Shown: positions 61,735-64,000 of the stretch, piece after piece
How positions within the stretch are numbered: the first letter of the stretch is position 1
Layout: every line of letters begins with the position of its first letter
Assembly (NCBI GenBank): GCA_024679065.1
Contig: JAGIQG010000004.1
Span: 74,214,001 to 74,278,000, forward strand
Reading direction: 5' to 3'
DNA: 64,000 bases
DNA from: Sphyrna mokarran
Taxonomy: Eukaryota
The notes under the pieces: model-generated
Databases searched by the model: none
Told to the model about the DNA's origin: nothing
What the model saw: the letters and a program-made list of their open reading frames with translations, nothing else
Position numbers and translations under genes: made by a program

Positions 61735-62316
61735 GGACTGGATTTTCCATCCCACATGGAGGTGGGCAGGCAGGTGAGGGTATTTGTGGCATTGGCCGAT
61801 GTGCCAGCACTGTCCTTCTCCTGCACCGTTTTCCTGGAGACTGGATTGTAGGGAATGGCACCCATTGGCCTTCAGGCTGCTGAGGTGTTGGGGATTAGGC
61901 CAGAGTTTGGAGACAGCCTCCAGGTAGCTGACCAGGGTGAGGATAGGAGGCACTGTTTAGGGAAAGCTTTGAGCCCCACTCCCATGAGTTTGGCCTTAGC
62001 TTTGGCAGCATGACTCCCTGCAGAGGGGACCCTCCCCCCTTCCATAAAAGTGGCTAACCGAGGGCATTTTGTTTGAGTTAGAAGTTTCAAAATGTGCAGA
62101 GAGGTTGCTGCCATCTTGTGGTGCCCTGTCTCTTTCTTTTAAATGAACTGCAGCTGTTGCTTGTTCTCAGTTAGAGAGTTTACTGTTGTCACTTGACCAC
62201 TAATTGGTCAACTCAGAAAAATCACCCCCGGTGATGGTTTCCATAGAACGTGAGATTGTGGCCCCACTTTGACCCAACACCAAGATTCTGACACAAAAGG
62301 CAAACTTCTTGCCCCC
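61735..62316. mobile_element. Harbinger-like non-autonomous element
   Basis: ggactggattttcc start; ggcaaacttcttgccc end. Confidence 0.45.
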
Positions 62317-62659
62317 GACTCTAGTTGTGATCCATATAAGTACCATAGACATAGGTAGGATGAAAAAGGAGGTTCTGCACAGTCAGTATGAGGAGCTCAG
62401 CACCAAAATAAGAAGTAGGACTTCAAATAATCTCTTGATTATTTTTGTTTCTTTTTAATTTTTTACTTCATTCTTAAAGTTACATACTCAGAATGGACTG
62501 AGCAGACTCAAATCCATTTCTTACTTGCTCCACAAACCAAATTCAAATTGAATCCAATTCATGTTCCCTATGAGAGAGACAAATACGATCCAAGCTGATA
62601 AGATAAGGAATTGCAACGTATCTTGGGCTTGATCTGATGTTTGATCTTACCTGAGTCAC

Positions 62660-64000
62660 GTGCAAGTCCGACAAATCAGATTAGAAAGGCAAATCTATGG
62701 ACTGGTGGGGAGAAATGGGTTCTGGTTCATGGGACACTGACAGCAGTATAGGGCAATGTGGAATCCGTACAGTTGCAACAGGCTATATTGAACAGTGTTG
62801 GGATCAGTACTCTTACAAGCTGCGGAGCTACGGAATTAAAGAGGGTTTTACACTAACTAGTGAGGTAATTTGAAAATCAAAGAGTAGAGACAAGACATTA
62901 TTATGGGATATGAAAAGCCGACTATGATAGAAAGGATAGACAGTAAAAACTTACTGGTAAATCAAGAGATGAGACTAGAGGTTATAAATGGAACACAAGA
63001 ATGAAACTAAAAGCTTTATATCTGAATTTACATTTGAAACAAACAGATGAACTGAGAGAGTGCATAGAAAAAAGTAATTACAATTTGATAACCATTATAG
63101 AAACAAAGCTGCAGAAGTCATGGATTGGGATCTGAATATTAAAGAATACAGCATATTTAGGAAGGACAGGAATTGAGGAAAAGGTGGAGGGATGGCTCTG
63201 TTAGTTAACTGATATTAGCACGATGGCAGGGATGACTTAAGTTTAGGAAATAAGGATGTGCAAATGGCTTGGGTGGAGATGAAAAATAGTAAAGCAAGAA
63301 GTTATCTGTGAAAGTCAAGGAAGGGCTCTTAAAAGTAGCCATATTTGATTTGATTTGATTTGATATAATAGGGACGGGGGAGGAAAAAAGAAAGGCTCCA
63401 ATTATTTCTATCAGTAATCATGAGAGATTTTAACTTACACATTGGAGTCAGATGGGCAAAGGTAGGCTAGGTGAGGAGTTCACAGAATGTTTTTGGGATA
63501 GTTTCTTAGAACAGCATGTTCTGAAACCAAGCAGAGAACAGGCTATACCAGACCTTATATTGTGCAATAAAATGAGAGTAATGAATGATCTCACGATGAA
63601 GGTAACCCAAGGTAGCAGTGACCATAATATGATTGAATTTTACATTCAGTTTGAGGGAGAGAGAAGTGGGTCTGAAACTATGACTGGGACATTTTGCTCC
63701 CCCTGCAATGAGTTTTCAGGTAGTGCAGGTGGTTCACCATTGGCCACTGGGAAGATCTTTCAGTCCCACTGAAATCAATGGGCATTTACATTGCCCTTCA
63801 GCCCTGCTTTTGGTCTGCACTGCATACAGTCATCTTAGATGGGATCAGGAGATCCCACCAGCAGGAAGGGCTGGAAAATCCCAGCCTATGTTTTAAAACT
63901 AAAGACATGAAAGCTGAGCTGGCTGAAGTGAATTGGCAAATTAGTGGAAAAAATAGGTCAATAGCGATTCAGTGGCAAACATGTAAGGTGACATTTAAGA
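62660..64000 (+). mobile_element. CR1 ORF1 end and endonuclease region, running off the window
   Basis: FRKDRN*GKGGGMAL; FTECFWDSFLEQHVLKPSREQAIPDLILCN..GSSDHNMIEF. Confidence 0.87.
63682..63886. mobile_element. MITE inserted in CR1 with a 3-bp TSD (TAT)
   Basis: gactgggacatttt / gaaaatcccagcc termini; TAT at 63679-63681 and 63887-63889. Confidence 0.78.

Noticed and set aside
1-64000. ORF-track entries as host genes
   Set aside because: All are 161 aa or shorter. Recognisable ones are broken CR1, RTE or Gypsy frames or SINE read-throughs; no coherent exon chain was found.

Overview
Eukaryotic, non-coding vertebrate DNA, almost certainly from a shark or other elasmobranch. That assignment is inferred from HE1-type V-SINEs, HER1-like CR1 LINEs and SacSINE1-like DeuSINEs, recognised from memory of family consensus sequences without a database search. 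I find no intact protein-coding gene: the recognisable ORFs are broken transposon frames and the rest look like chance ORFs. The window is a mosaic of decayed CR1, L2, RTE, Penelope, Gypsy and PIF/Harbinger elements, often nested, plus about 15 SINE copies. Between them lie repeat-poor AT-rich blocks that may hold conserved enhancers (intron or gene desert). The most notable items are: (1) a local inverted duplication (about 541-1176 vs 1763-2088) whose left arm carries a 28S rRNA fragment and a MITE, while the right arm preserves the empty sites; (2) a CpG-rich iterated fold-back insertion inside an RTE (10821-10960); (3) a Penelope-derived minimal hammerhead ribozyme flanked by a 9-bp direct repeat (38146-38247); (4) one SINE head/core carrying three different 3' tails; (5) a possible SINE-associated transduction. 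I cannot support a claim of a new multi-gene system here. Most element boundaries are approximate.
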